Below, one piece after another: positions 13,350 through 24,814 of a DNA stretch of 64,000 nt. The position numbers and the translations under genes were made by a program. The stretch covers positions 654,461 through 718,460 of the forward strand of contig JANQOX010000025.1 in the NCBI GenBank assembly GCA_028285625.1. Direction: 5' to 3'. The notes beneath the pieces were generated by a model. It saw only the letters and a list, made by a program, of their open reading frames with translations. It searched no databases and was not told where the DNA came from. This DNA comes from Myxococcota bacterium (lineage in GTDB: Bacteria; Myxococcota_A; UBA9160; UBA6930). Each line of letters begins with the position of its first letter. Position 1 is the first letter of the stretch.

Positions 13350-13378
13350 TTGACGCCTCCCCGGCGCGTGTCTAGCCT
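13350..13378 (+). promoter_or_regulatory. Candidate sigma70-type promoter for tRNA-Leu
   Basis: TTGACG (13350-13355), a 17-nt spacer, then TAGCCT (13373-13378). This ends 15 nt before the tRNA 5' end. Confidence 0.45.
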
Positions 13379-13393
13379 GTCCGTCCCATCTGG

Positions 13394-13480
13394 GCCCAGG
13401 TGGCGGAATTGGTAGACGCGCTAGACTCAGAATCTAGTGGCCGCAAGGTCGTGCTGGTTCGACTCCAGTCCTGGGCACCA
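13394..13480 (+). tRNA. tRNA-Leu (anticodon CAG), CCA encoded
   Basis: The acceptor stem GCCCAGG/CCTGGGC pairs. The anticodon loop is CTCAGAA, there is a long variable arm, the T-loop is GGTTCGACTCC, and ACCA is at the 3' end. Confidence 0.9.
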
Positions 13481-13582
13481 GCACCCCGCACCGCCAGTCC
13501 GGCTTTCTCGCGCGCCCGTTCTTCGTCCTGACGCTCGCCCGACGCGCTCCCCGCGGCGCCAGGCCCCCACGGGGCCACGGGT

Positions 13583-13610
13583 TTGACCTGCCGCCGACCG
13601 GGCTTAGGTT
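13583..13610 (+). promoter_or_regulatory. Candidate sigma70-type promoter for lon
   Basis: TTGACC, a 16-nt spacer, then TAGGTT. This ends 45 nt upstream of the lon start. Confidence 0.35.
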
Positions 13611-13655
13611 TGCGCGCAGCCGCGTTCGGAGGGCCCCTCTCGGCCCTGCCCGCGC

Positions 13656-16067
<2,412 letters not shown>

Positions 16068-16074
16068 CCGCGGC

Positions 16075-17070
16075 CTAGGGCTGGTTCGGTTCCAGCGTCC
16101 AGAGGGGCAGCGTGTTCACGAGGTCGACGTTGAAGACTTCGTAGAGCGCCGGGATGTGCGTGAACATCAGCAGCCCTCCGGCCACCACGGTGATCGCGGC
16201 GTAGAGCACGAACCCGCGTTCCTTGTAGAGGTTCTCGGGGTTCTGGACGGCGCTGTTGGGCTTGAGGCCCAGGCGCATGTACCAGGCGAAGAAGCCGGCC
16301 AGGAGCGGGATCATGAAGATCAGCTCCAGGTGGTAGCGGACGATGAACACGCCCGAGAACAGCGCACCCGCCATGGCGTAGAAGAACAGGCTGATCAGCA
16401 GCCGCTCCTCGTCGTAGTGGGCGAAGCTCGAGCGGTAGGCGGCGGCGACCTCGGGGTCGCCGATCTCGCGATACTCGGCGAAGCGCTTCATGGCCATGAA
16501 GAACGCGCCCACCATCCAGTAGGCCAGCAACAGCGACACCGGGGGGAAGCGGTCCGGGATCAGCGCGAACCAACCGAGCACCAGACGGATCGGGTTGTTC
16601 ACCGACTCCGACAGCACGTCGAGGTACGGTACCTCCTTGGTGCGTAGCGGCGGCACGTTGTAGACGACGCCCATCACCCAGAAGAACAACGTGGTGAGCG
16701 CGAAGTAAGGGTGGACGAGCCAGCCCAGGGCCACGCCCAGCATGCCCAGTCCGATCCACTCGACCATGGCGAAGCTCCGCCGGATGGCCCAGGCGGCCGC
16801 CGGCCGGTGCTTCTTGGTCGGGTGTTTCCGGTCCGAGGCGGCGTCGAGCACCTCGTTGATGACGTAGTTGCTGCTGGCCGTGATGCAGGTGGCCACGAAC
16901 GCCAGCAGCAGCTTGGGCAGGGCCTCCCAGCCGAAGGACTCGGGCTGCACGAACAGGGCCACGAAGACCCCGAGCAGCATGAACGTGTTCTTGAACCAGT
17001 GATCCGGGCGGGCGATCTGGACGTAGGGCCAGATGCCGCCGCGCTGCTTGGCTGCCAAGGTCGAATCCAT
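16075..17070 (-). CDS. UbiA-superfamily prenyl-phosphate phosphoribosyltransferase-like enzyme (DPPR synthase-like)
   Basis: Internal ATG at 17070 with GGAGA upstream. ARPDHWFKN and NEVLDAASDRKHPTKKHRP closely match the RPxxWxKN and NDxxDxxxDRxHPTKxxRP motifs I recall for mycobacterial Rv3806c. Multiple TM helices. Confidence 0.7.
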   Translation of the reverse strand: MDSTLAAKQRGGIWPYVQIARPDHWFKNTFMLLGVFVALFVQPESFGWEALPKLLLAFVATCITASSNYVINEVLDAASDRKHPTKKHRPAAAWAIRRSFAMVEWIGLGMLGVALGWLVHPYFALTTLFFWVMGVVYNVPPLRTKEVPYLDVLSESVNNPIRLVLGWFALIPDRFPPVSLLLAYWMVGAFFMAMKRFAEYREIGDPEVAAAYRSSFAHYDEERLLISLFFYAMAGALFSGVFIVRYHLELIFMIPLLAGFFAWYMRLGLKPNSAVQNPENLYKERGFVLYAAITVVAGGLLMFTHIPALYEVFNVDLVNTLPLWTLEPNQP

Positions 17071-17426
17071 GGTCTCCGCCGGGAGGTCGGAAGGGTTTCG
17101 AGTCGCGGGGGGTACGGACAGAGGGGGCGATAGCCCTCGCCCGGGGGCCCTGCAAGGAACCCGGCCCCCCGTCCTTGCTTGGTTCTTCATCCGCCTCGTG
17201 GGGTGCGAGTCACGATCCGGCCGGGTGGCGAACGACGGCGAGATCGGGGGGACCGCCGGCGGCACGGACCCCGCGGCGGGGTGTTCCGCTCTACGTCTTC
17301 TACGGCCAGCCGGCCTTCAAACGCAGGAACGGGCCCGACGGGTTCGAGCTGCTCGACGACGCCACGCACTTCGTCCCCGATTCGCGCTTCGACGGCCTCG
17401 AGCCCCGCTTCCTACCGCGTGCTGCG

Positions 17427-19100
17427 CTACACGGGCGTTTCGCCGACCTCCTGATCGGCGGCGGCCGCGAGCCGCGCCTCGGTCTTGGCCTCCCAGCCGT
17501 CGAGATCGCCGCCCGCCTGGAAGTAGTCGAAGACCTCGCGGTCGGCGCGTTCGAGCGCCGCCAGGGCGGCGCCGTGGCGGCGTCGGTAGCGCCACTCGAT
17601 GGCCGCCACCAGCAGGCGGCCCAGCGTCATCTTGATCGGAAACTTGATCGACTGCGGGACCAGCCCCTTCAGGTTGTAGAGCCGCTCGAGGGTGCTCTCC
17701 TGCACCTCGGCGGCCCCGCCACCCGAAGGCCCGCCCTCGCGCGCCACCGTGCGGCCGGGCGCGATCCGCGACGCCTCGGGCACGAACACGCCCGAGCTCG
17801 CCACGGCCGAGAGCGCGCCCGCGCCCCCCGCGGCCTCTTCCTCGAAGCGGCGCGCCCAGACCAGCCGCTCCATCAGCTCGGCGATCGAGAACTCGGTCGG
17901 GTGCTCGATTCGCTGGGCGAGCAGCGTGTCGTCGATGAGCTTCAGATAGTCGTCCGGCAGGGCGCGGCCGCGGGCGCGCGGCCCCTTCTCGACCACGTCC
18001 CGGTAGATGGCGAGGTGCCGCTCCACCTGGCGCGTGACGTCGAAGTGCTCGCGCACGAACGCACGCGCCCGTTCGCCCGTTTCCAGGCGGTGGGCCCGGT
18101 CCTGGATCAGCGGCCGCAGGGCCGCCACCAGGGCATCGACGTCGTTCTCGGGCACCACGGTCCCGGTCTCGCCGTCGCGCATCGCCTCGGGGATGCCTCC
18201 ATGGCGCGTCACCACCACGGGCAGGCCCGTAGCCTGAGCCTCGACCACGACGTTCGGAATGCCCTCCACATCGCCCGTAGGCGGCGTGATCGAGCAGTGC
18301 AGCAGCAGGTCGGCCTCGGCCATGGCCGCGCGTACGCCGGCGTGGTCGGTGGCGCCGCGCAGTTCCACCCGGCGGCCCAGGCCCAACCGACGGCGGAGGC
18401 GCCGTACCTGGTGGTAGTCCTCGCCCTCTCCCACCACGACCAACCGCACGTCGAGCCGTTCGGCGGCGAGGCGCGCGATCGCGTTCAGGGCGTCTTCATG
18501 GCCCTTCTTGCGCACGATGCGTCCGACCATGAGCACCGTCACGGTCTTCGGTGCGGGCCGCGCGCCGCGGTCGACGAACGCAAAGCCGTCGAGGTCGGCG
18601 CCGCGGTGGATCACGTGGACTCGGCTCGGGTCGGCGCCGGCTTCGAGCGCCTTGTCGCGCAGGTCGGCCGAGACGCAGATGATGGCGTCACATGCGTCGA
18701 GAAGCGCCGCGTACAGCCGGTCGTAGCCAGGCAGGTGCACCTGCATGCCGAGATCGCGACCGCCGAAACTCACCACCAGCGGCACCTCGAGCAGGCGCTG
18801 CATCAGCAGCAGGCGCAGCCCCGACCAGCCGAAGTGCCCGTGGATCACGTCCGGGTGCCAGGTCTTGCGCAGGTAGCTCGCCGCCAGGACCCCCAGCCGC
18901 GGCTGGACCAGGTAGCGGGTCGGCAGCCGCTCGACGTGCTTCACCGGGAAGCGCTCGAGGTTCTCGGTGCGGTTGCAGAGCACCACGTTCTCGACGTGCT
19001 CGCCGAGCCGGTCGATCAGCGTGTGCAGGAACGGCTGGCTCCACGACAGGTAGGCCGCGAACTTGGCCTGGAGCACGGTAAGGCGGGGCTCGGTGTTCAT
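17427..19100 (-). CDS. GT4-family glycosyltransferase (WcaL-like) with about 186-aa C-terminal extension
   Basis: The GT-B core contains EGIPNVVVEAQATGLPVV (an E-x7-E-like motif). I chose the start at MNTEPRL (19100); the track start is 19130. Confidence 0.75.
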   Translation of the reverse strand: MNTEPRLTVLQAKFAAYLSWSQPFLHTLIDRLGEHVENVVLCNRTENLERFPVKHVERLPTRYLVQPRLGVLAASYLRKTWHPDVIHGHFGWSGLRLLLMQRLLEVPLVVSFGGRDLGMQVHLPGYDRLYAALLDACDAIICVSADLRDKALEAGADPSRVHVIHRGADLDGFAFVDRGARPAPKTVTVLMVGRIVRKKGHEDALNAIARLAAERLDVRLVVVGEGEDYHQVRRLRRRLGLGRRVELRGATDHAGVRAAMAEADLLLHCSITPPTGDVEGIPNVVVEAQATGLPVVVTRHGGIPEAMRDGETGTVVPENDVDALVAALRPLIQDRAHRLETGERARAFVREHFDVTRQVERHLAIYRDVVEKGPRARGRALPDDYLKLIDDTLLAQRIEHPTEFSIAELMERLVWARRFEEEAAGGAGALSAVASSGVFVPEASRIAPGRTVAREGGPSGGGAAEVQESTLERLYNLKGLVPQSIKFPIKMTLGRLLVAAIEWRYRRRHGAALAALERADREVFDYFQAGGDLDGWEAKTEARLAAAADQEVGETPV

Positions 19101-19111
19101 GGGCGGCGCGA

Positions 19112-20335
19112 TCATAGGCGACGCGCACACGCGTCGAGGGCACGGCCCACCTCGGCACAGAGGCCATCCATTCGCGCTCTCCAGTCGTGCTCGCGGGCGC
19201 GTGCCACCCGCCTCGCGCGGGCCTCGGCGGGCGCGGCCAGGGCCGCGTCGACGGCGTCCACGAACGCCTCGCCGCCGCGTACCACCGAAAGCACCCCGGG
19301 CTCGGCGTATCCGGCCAGGTTGGGCAGGTCCGTGGCCACCACCGGCAGCCCCGCTGCGAGATACTCGAACAGCTTGAGCGGCAAGCTCCCACGGGTGTGG
19401 TCGTTGTCGAGAAACGGGATCAGCCCCACGTCGGCATGGGCGAACCAGGTGGGGAGAGCCTCCCAGGCCACCGGGCCGGCCCAGGTCACGTTGGGGAGCC
19501 CGTGCAGGGCGCGCGCGGCCGCGCCCGGGGGCGCGACGTCGCCCTGCCCCTCGGGCCCCACCAACACCAGCGCAAGCTCCGGGCGCGCCCGGGCCAGGGC
19601 CAGCAGCAGCTCGAAATCGATGCGGTAGCCCGCCAGGTTCCCGGCGAAGAGCACCCGCGGGCGCGGCAGCGTGGCCAGCGCCGCGGGCTCAGGGCCCGGC
19701 GGCGCCGCGAACGCGTCGACGTCGGCCACGTTGGGCACGAGCACCACGTCGCTTCGCCGCGAGGTCAACCGCTCGGCCAGCACCGGGCTGGTCGCGAACA
19801 CCAGATCGGCGCGCTCGAGCATCCGTGCCTCGAGCCCGTCCACCCAGGCCGCGTCGACGCCGGGGTTCGCGGCGTAGTGGTCCACGCAGTGGTAGACGAC
19901 GAGCCGTGCGTCGAGCGGATCGGCCAGCGCCACGCCCGTGGGCAGGAACGACCAGAGCACCGGTCGGGCGCCCTGGTCCGCGGCGGCGCGTCGCACCTGG
20001 ACCGCCAGCGCGCGCAGCGAAGCGCGGCGAAAGACGCCCGGGCCCCCGCCCGGGAGCGCCAGCGGCGCGAGCACGTCGAGACGCTCGGCTTCTCGGCGGA
20101 CACCCCCGGCAAAGCGCCGAAGCCGTGCCGCGATGCGCGAGACGTCGCGTCCGCGGCCGAGGGCCGGCGCGCGCAATCCCGTCGACTCCACGAACAACAC
20201 CCGGTGGCCACGCGCAGCCAGGCGGCGCGCGATGTGATGGGCGTTCACGGGCGTCGGCGTCTCCCACGGCGCGCTGGCCGCGAGCACGACCGGCACATCG
20301 GGAACGAAGCCCCCCTTTCCAGTCGATGCGGTCAC
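19112..20335 (-). CDS. GT1/GT4-type glycosyltransferase (TuaH-like)
   Basis: GT-B fold features are present (PLKLFEYLAAGLPVV). The GTG start at 20335 forms a GTGA overlap with the stop of the upstream ABC ATPase. The longer track ORF would overlap that gene by about 80 nt. Confidence 0.7.
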   Translation of the reverse strand: MTASTGKGGFVPDVPVVLAASAPWETPTPVNAHHIARRLAARGHRVLFVESTGLRAPALGRGRDVSRIAARLRRFAGGVRREAERLDVLAPLALPGGGPGVFRRASLRALAVQVRRAAADQGARPVLWSFLPTGVALADPLDARLVVYHCVDHYAANPGVDAAWVDGLEARMLERADLVFATSPVLAERLTSRRSDVVLVPNVADVDAFAAPPGPEPAALATLPRPRVLFAGNLAGYRIDFELLLALARARPELALVLVGPEGQGDVAPPGAAARALHGLPNVTWAGPVAWEALPTWFAHADVGLIPFLDNDHTRGSLPLKLFEYLAAGLPVVATDLPNLAGYAEPGVLSVVRGGEAFVDAVDAALAAPAEARARRVARAREHDWRARMDGLCAEVGRALDACARRL

Positions 20336-21102
20336 TCGGGCGCGAGCTCGGCCTCGTAGGCGTCGAGCATCTCCTGCGCCTCGCCGAAGCCGCGCACGTG
20401 ACCCCGCTCGAGCCACAGGCAGTGGGTGCAGAGCTCGCGCAGAAACGGCATGGCGTGCGAGACCAGCACGATCGCGCGGCTGCGGGCCATCATCTGCTGC
20501 ATGCGCTCGCGGCTCTTGCGCTGGAAGGCCTGGTCGCCGACGGACAGCACCTCGTCGAGGATCAGGATCTCCGGCTCGAGCGAAGAAGCGATCGAGAAGC
20601 TGAGCCGTGCCCGCATGCCCGACGAGTAGAACCGCACCGGCTGGTCGATGAAGTCCCCGAGCTCGGAGAACGCGACGATCTCCTCCATGCGCGACTGGAT
20701 CTCGTCGCGGCGCATCCCGAGGTAGGCGCCGTTCACGAGGATGTTGTCGCGGCCCGAGAGGTCGCGGTTGAAGCCGGCGCCCAGCGAGAGCAGCGTCGAG
20801 ACCTTGCCGCGCACCGCCACATCGCCCTCATCGGGGGTGAGGATGCCCGAGAGCGCGAGACACAGCGTGCTCTTGCCCGCACCGTTCGGCCCGATCACAC
20901 CGAGCACGCTTCCGTCGGCCACCTCGAAGTTCACGTCGCGCAGGGCCCACAGCACCTTCTGGTCGCTGCGCAGCCCCGAACCCAGCAGGATCGACTTGAT
21001 CGAGACCCGCCGGCGGCTCTGGAGGTTGAACCAGATGCCGAGACCGCGCGCCTCGATGACGGGCGCGTTCTTCTCGCGGGCGATCTTGGGTGCATCGCTC
21101 AC
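20332..21102 (-). CDS. Polysaccharide ABC exporter ATP-binding protein (Wzt/TagH-like, short form)
   Basis: Walker [10 protein letters not shown], signature YSSGMRARL and Walker B ILILDE are present. The GTG at 21102 overlaps the permease stop (GTGA). The rest of the 600-aa track ORF is out of frame over the permease. Confidence 0.85.
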   Translation of the reverse strand: MSDAPKIAREKNAPVIEARGLGIWFNLQSRRRVSIKSILLGSGLRSDQKVLWALRDVNFEVADGSVLGVIGPNGAGKSTLCLALSGILTPDEGDVAVRGKVSTLLSLGAGFNRDLSGRDNILVNGAYLGMRRDEIQSRMEEIVAFSELGDFIDQPVRFYSSGMRARLSFSIASSLEPEILILDEVLSVGDQAFQRKSRERMQQMMARSRAIVLVSHAMPFLRELCTHCLWLERGHVRGFGEAQEMLDAYEAELAPE

Positions 21103-21914
21103 AGGAACTTGATCACCCGGCGGTCGAAGTGCAGGTAGACGCGGTAGCCCAGCCAGAGCGCGCCGAACGACTGGACCGTCAGAAGCGCCCACATCTCCGG
21201 CTCGACCATGCGGTTGAAGAAGAAGACATCGCGGTATCCCCCGATCAGGACCGCGAACGGGTTCAGCAGGAAGAGCCGCGGCAGCCAGTCGGCCATCCAA
21301 CCCCCGAGGTTTGCGGACTGCTCGCGCACCAGATCGATGCCGTAGAGCGTGGGCGAGAGATAGAAACCCACGCGCATGACGTGCCCGAGAAAGCCCTTGA
21401 GGTCGCGGATCAGCGCACCGAAGCACGCGACCAGCAACGAGAGCCCCAGGACCAGCACCAGCTGGAAGACCAGCAGCAGCGGAAGCTGCACCAGCGCCAG
21501 GCCCAGCGGGAGCCCGGCGATCCAGGAGGTCGCGAAGAGCACCAGCAGCCCGAACAGGTGGTGCCAGAAGCGCGCCAGCACCTGCGTGATCGGCAGCGCC
21601 ATGGTCGGAAAGGCGATCGACTTGATCAGGGACTCGCTGGCGCGAAGCACCCCGGACGCGGCATTCAGCGAGCTGGTGAAGTGCTTCCACGGCAGCATCG
21701 CGCACAGGATGAACACCGGATACGGCGCGTAGCGCTCGCCGCGGCCGAAGATCCCGGCGACCACGACCCAGTAGATCAGCATCATCACCAGCGGGTCGAC
21801 GACCCACCAGAGCCAACCCAGGCGGCTCACCTGACTCTGGCTGCGCAGGTCGGCCAGGGTGAGCTCGCGCAGCAGGTCCCTGCGCGCGACGACGTTGGCA
21901 AAGGTCGAGTTCAT
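21099..21914 (-). CDS. ABC-2 type polysaccharide export permease (Wzm/TagG-like)
   Basis: 271 aa with about 6 TM helices. The N-terminus (RRDLLRELTLADLRSQ...LGWLWWVVDPL) is typical of the ABC-2 family. Confidence 0.85.
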   Translation of the reverse strand: MNSTFANVVARRDLLRELTLADLRSQSQVSRLGWLWWVVDPLVMMLIYWVVVAGIFGRGERYAPYPVFILCAMLPWKHFTSSLNAASGVLRASESLIKSIAFPTMALPITQVLARFWHHLFGLLVLFATSWIAGLPLGLALVQLPLLLVFQLVLVLGLSLLVACFGALIRDLKGFLGHVMRVGFYLSPTLYGIDLVREQSANLGGWMADWLPRLFLLNPFAVLIGGYRDVFFFNRMVEPEMWALLTVQSFGALWLGYRVYLHFDRRVIKFL

Positions 21915-22081
21915 GGTACGCGTCGCACGGGCCTGCGTGGGCCCGGATCCCCCCGGGCGAGCACCTTGCCGGGTTCACCCCGCAGCCGCAAGTCGCTAGC
22001 TTGCGGCCGCGTGAAGAGCCTGCGCCGCCATCCGATCCGGCCGCCGGAGCGGCCCTGCGGGCACGCCGCCGCCGGGCGGTC

Positions 22082-23218
22082 ATGAGCGCGCCCCCGCCTC
22101 GCGTGGCGCTGGTCCACGACTGGCTCACGGGCATGCGCGGCGGCGAGCGCGTGCTCGAGCAGCATGCGCGGATGTTTCCCGAGGCCGACCTCTACACGCT
22201 GGTCCACGTGCCGGGATCGACCGCCCCCGCGATCGAGTCGCTGCGCATCCACGCGAGCCCGCTCTCGCGCCTGCCGGGCGCGGCGCGCCACTACCGGAAG
22301 CTCCTTCCGCTGTTCCCCTGGGCGATCAGCCGCTTCCGCCTCGAGGGCTACGACCTCGTGTTGTCGTCGAGCCATGCGGTGGCCAAGGGCATCCGCGCGA
22401 ACCCGGGTGCGGTCCACGTCTGTTACTGCTTCACGCCCATGCGCTACGTCTGGGACCAGGCGGACGCCTACCTCGGGCGCGGGTTGAAGCGCGCCCTGGC
22501 GACGCCGCTTGCGGCCGCGCTGCGCCACTGGGACCGCACCACCTCGGGGCCCGAGCGGGTGCAGCAGTTCATCGCCATCTCGCAGACGACCTCCGACCGC
22601 ATCCGTCGCCACTACGACCGCGAGGCGCCGGTGATCTTCCCTCCCGTGGACGTCTCGCGCATCGCGCCGGGGCGGGGCCCGGACGCGTTCTTCCTGATGG
22701 TCGGGGGGTTCGTGCCGTACAAGCGCGAGGACGTCGCGATCGAGGCGTTCCGCCAGCTGGGGCTCCCGTTGGTGGTGGCGGGCGACGGCCCGGGGCGCGC
22801 GGCGCTCGAGGCCACGGCACCGGCCAACGTGCGGTTCCTGGGGCGCGTCTCCGACGAGGCCCTGGCCGACCTCTACGCGCGCTGCCGGGCGCTCGTGTAT
22901 CCGCAGGAAGAGGACTTCGGGATCATCCCCGTAGAGGCGCAGGCCGCGGGGCGACCGGTGATCGCGTTCGGGCGCGGCGGCGCCACCGAGACCGTGGTGG
23001 ATGTGGACGACCCGGGCGAGCGCGCCCCGACCGGCATCCACTTCACCCCGCAGACGCCCGAGGGCCTCGCGCGGGCGGTCCGGCGCTACGAGGCCGATCC
23101 CCATGCATTCGACCCGGCCGCGATCCGCCGCCACGCGGAGACCTTCTCGAACGAGCGCTTCCGCGAGCAGATGGGCGACGCGCTCGAGGCGGCCCTGGCG
23201 GGCCGGTCTGCGGGGTAG
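22082..23218 (+). CDS. GT4-family glycosyltransferase
   Basis: Starts at MSAPPPRVALVHDWLTGMRGGERVLE. The C-terminal half has EEDFGIIPVEAQAAGRPVI (E-x7-E). Confidence 0.8.
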   Translation: MSAPPPRVALVHDWLTGMRGGERVLEQHARMFPEADLYTLVHVPGSTAPAIESLRIHASPLSRLPGAARHYRKLLPLFPWAISRFRLEGYDLVLSSSHAVAKGIRANPGAVHVCYCFTPMRYVWDQADAYLGRGLKRALATPLAAALRHWDRTTSGPERVQQFIAISQTTSDRIRRHYDREAPVIFPPVDVSRIAPGRGPDAFFLMVGGFVPYKREDVAIEAFRQLGLPLVVAGDGPGRAALEATAPANVRFLGRVSDEALADLYARCRALVYPQEEDFGIIPVEAQAAGRPVIAFGRGGATETVVDVDDPGERAPTGIHFTPQTPEGLARAVRRYEADPHAFDPAAIRRHAETFSNERFREQMGDALEAALAGRSAG

Positions 23219-23242
23219 ACCCGGCGACGCGCACGCCCCGGG

Positions 23243-24631
23243 CTAGTAGGCGTTCCGGTAGCCGCGCCAGAAGGTCATGAACAGGATCCGCACGTCGAGC
23301 GCGAGGGTCCAGTTCTGGATGTAGTAGATGTCGTGCTCGACCCGCTCGTGCAGCGAGGTGTTGCCGCGCCAGCCATGGATCTGCGCCCAGCCGGTGAGGC
23401 CGGCCTTGACCTTGTGGCGGAGCATGTAGCCCGGGATCTCGCGTCGGAACTGCTCGATGAACACGGGCCGCTCGGGCCGCGGCCCCACCAGGCTCATGTC
23501 GCCGCGGAGCACGTTCCAAAGCTGCGGCAGCTCGTCGAAGTTGGTGTGCCGCAGGAAGCGGCCGATCTGGGTGCGGCGCGGGTCCTTCTTGGCCGTCCAT
23601 ACCGGACCGGTCTCCTCCTCGGCGCCGTGGGCCATGGTGCGAAACTTGAAGCAGCGGAAGACGCGCCCGTCGAGGCCCATGCGCTCCTGCGCGTAGAAGA
23701 CGGGCCCGCGAGACGTCAGACGCACGGCCGCGGCAATCGCCAGCATGAGCGGCGCCGCCACCAGCATGGACAGGCTGGTCACCACCAGATCGAACACGCG
23801 CTTCTGGAGCGCCGCCCAGCCCACCAGCGGGCTCTCGCGCAGGTTGATCACGGGCAGCCCGTCCAGGTCTTCGACCGAGCTTCGAAGCGTCATCACGTGG
23901 AGCAGGTCGGGGATCAGCCGCACCGTCACGAGCTCGTCGTCGAGGTCGGCGAGGATCTTCTCCAGCGCGTCCGAGTCCTCGCGAGGCAGCGCGATCACCA
24001 CCTGGTCCACCTGCCGGCGGCTCAGGATCGACTTGACGGAGGCGTAGCCGCCGAGCACGCGCACGCCCTGGATGGTGCGTCCCTGGAGCCCGGCGTCGTT
24101 CGAGAGCATGCCCACCACGCGCAGGCCGGCTTCCGGGTGCCCGTGGATCGACTCGATGGTCTCGCGCGCCAGCTCGCCCGCGCCCACCACCAGCAGGTAG
24201 CGGAGGTTGTAGCCCTTGCGGCGCATGCGGCGGAGGAACGCGCGCCCGCACAGGCGAAACAGCACGACCGACGTCGTGGCCAGCCCGACGAAGCCGGCGA
24301 TCACACCACGCGACAAGTGCGCGCGCAGCGCGGCGTCGGCGGCGAGCAGCACCACGGTGGTCACGAACATCGCAGCGATCACCGCGCCCGCTTCGCGGAT
24401 CAGCGACCCGCCCCGCTGGGGCTCGTAGAGCCCGCGCGCCCGGAAAGCGAACAGGCTGGTCGGCAGCACCCCACCCAGGGCGACGAGGTAGAGCTGCGCA
24501 TCGACCACCGACTCCGAGGGGAAGACGGTGTGGAAGCGGACGTAGTAGGCCAGCAGCCAACAGCCGCCCACGAGCAGCATGTCCGAGACCATGAGCAGGC
24601 CTCGGAAGATCTCGCTGTGGCGGTGCAGCAA
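23243..24631 (-). CDS. Polyprenyl-phosphate hexose-1-phosphate transferase (WbaP/WcaJ-like initiating sugar transferase)
   Basis: 462 aa with N-terminal TM helices. The C-terminal bacterial sugar transferase domain contains [24 protein letters not shown] start with AGGGAG upstream. Confidence 0.9.
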   Translation of the reverse strand: MLHRHSEIFRGLLMVSDMLLVGGCWLLAYYVRFHTVFPSESVVDAQLYLVALGGVLPTSLFAFRARGLYEPQRGGSLIREAGAVIAAMFVTTVVLLAADAALRAHLSRGVIAGFVGLATTSVVLFRLCGRAFLRRMRRKGYNLRYLLVVGAGELARETIESIHGHPEAGLRVVGMLSNDAGLQGRTIQGVRVLGGYASVKSILSRRQVDQVVIALPREDSDALEKILADLDDELVTVRLIPDLLHVMTLRSSVEDLDGLPVINLRESPLVGWAALQKRVFDLVVTSLSMLVAAPLMLAIAAAVRLTSRGPVFYAQERMGLDGRVFRCFKFRTMAHGAEEETGPVWTAKKDPRRTQIGRFLRHTNFDELPQLWNVLRGDMSLVGPRPERPVFIEQFRREIPGYMLRHKVKAGLTGWAQIHGWRGNTSLHERVEHDIYYIQNWTLALDVRILFMTFWRGYRNAY

Positions 24632-24814
24632 CGCGCACTCCCTGGTTACGGGGCGAACGGATCCCCTGCATGGATTCTTGGGGGGGAATGCGGCAGAACG
24701 GTATGAACGCCCTCAGCCCTTGACAATGGCGGGCCCCAGACGCGTTCACGGCATCTTCAGACCCTGGGGATGGGCCCCTGCCGGCCGATCAGGCGGATCG
24801 GACCGGGCTGCCGC

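Noticed and set aside
17140-17175. A sigma54 -24/-12 promoter (GG...TTGCA) upstream of the UbiA-like gene on the minus strand.
   Set aside because: The GG-to-GC spacing is one nucleotide longer than the strict TGGCAC-N5-TTGC geometry, and the -24 element is GGCCG rather than GGCAC.
17280-17426. A possible + strand coding segment (PLYVFYGQPAFKRRNGPDGFELLDDATHFVPDSRFDGLEPRF) with high GC3 in the 356-nt gap.
   Set aside because: The frame has no stop until 19628 and would have to overlap the whole GT gene in antisense. The excess GC3 over about 45 codons is only about 2.4 SD before correcting for six frames. I kept it only as a note within the gap finding.
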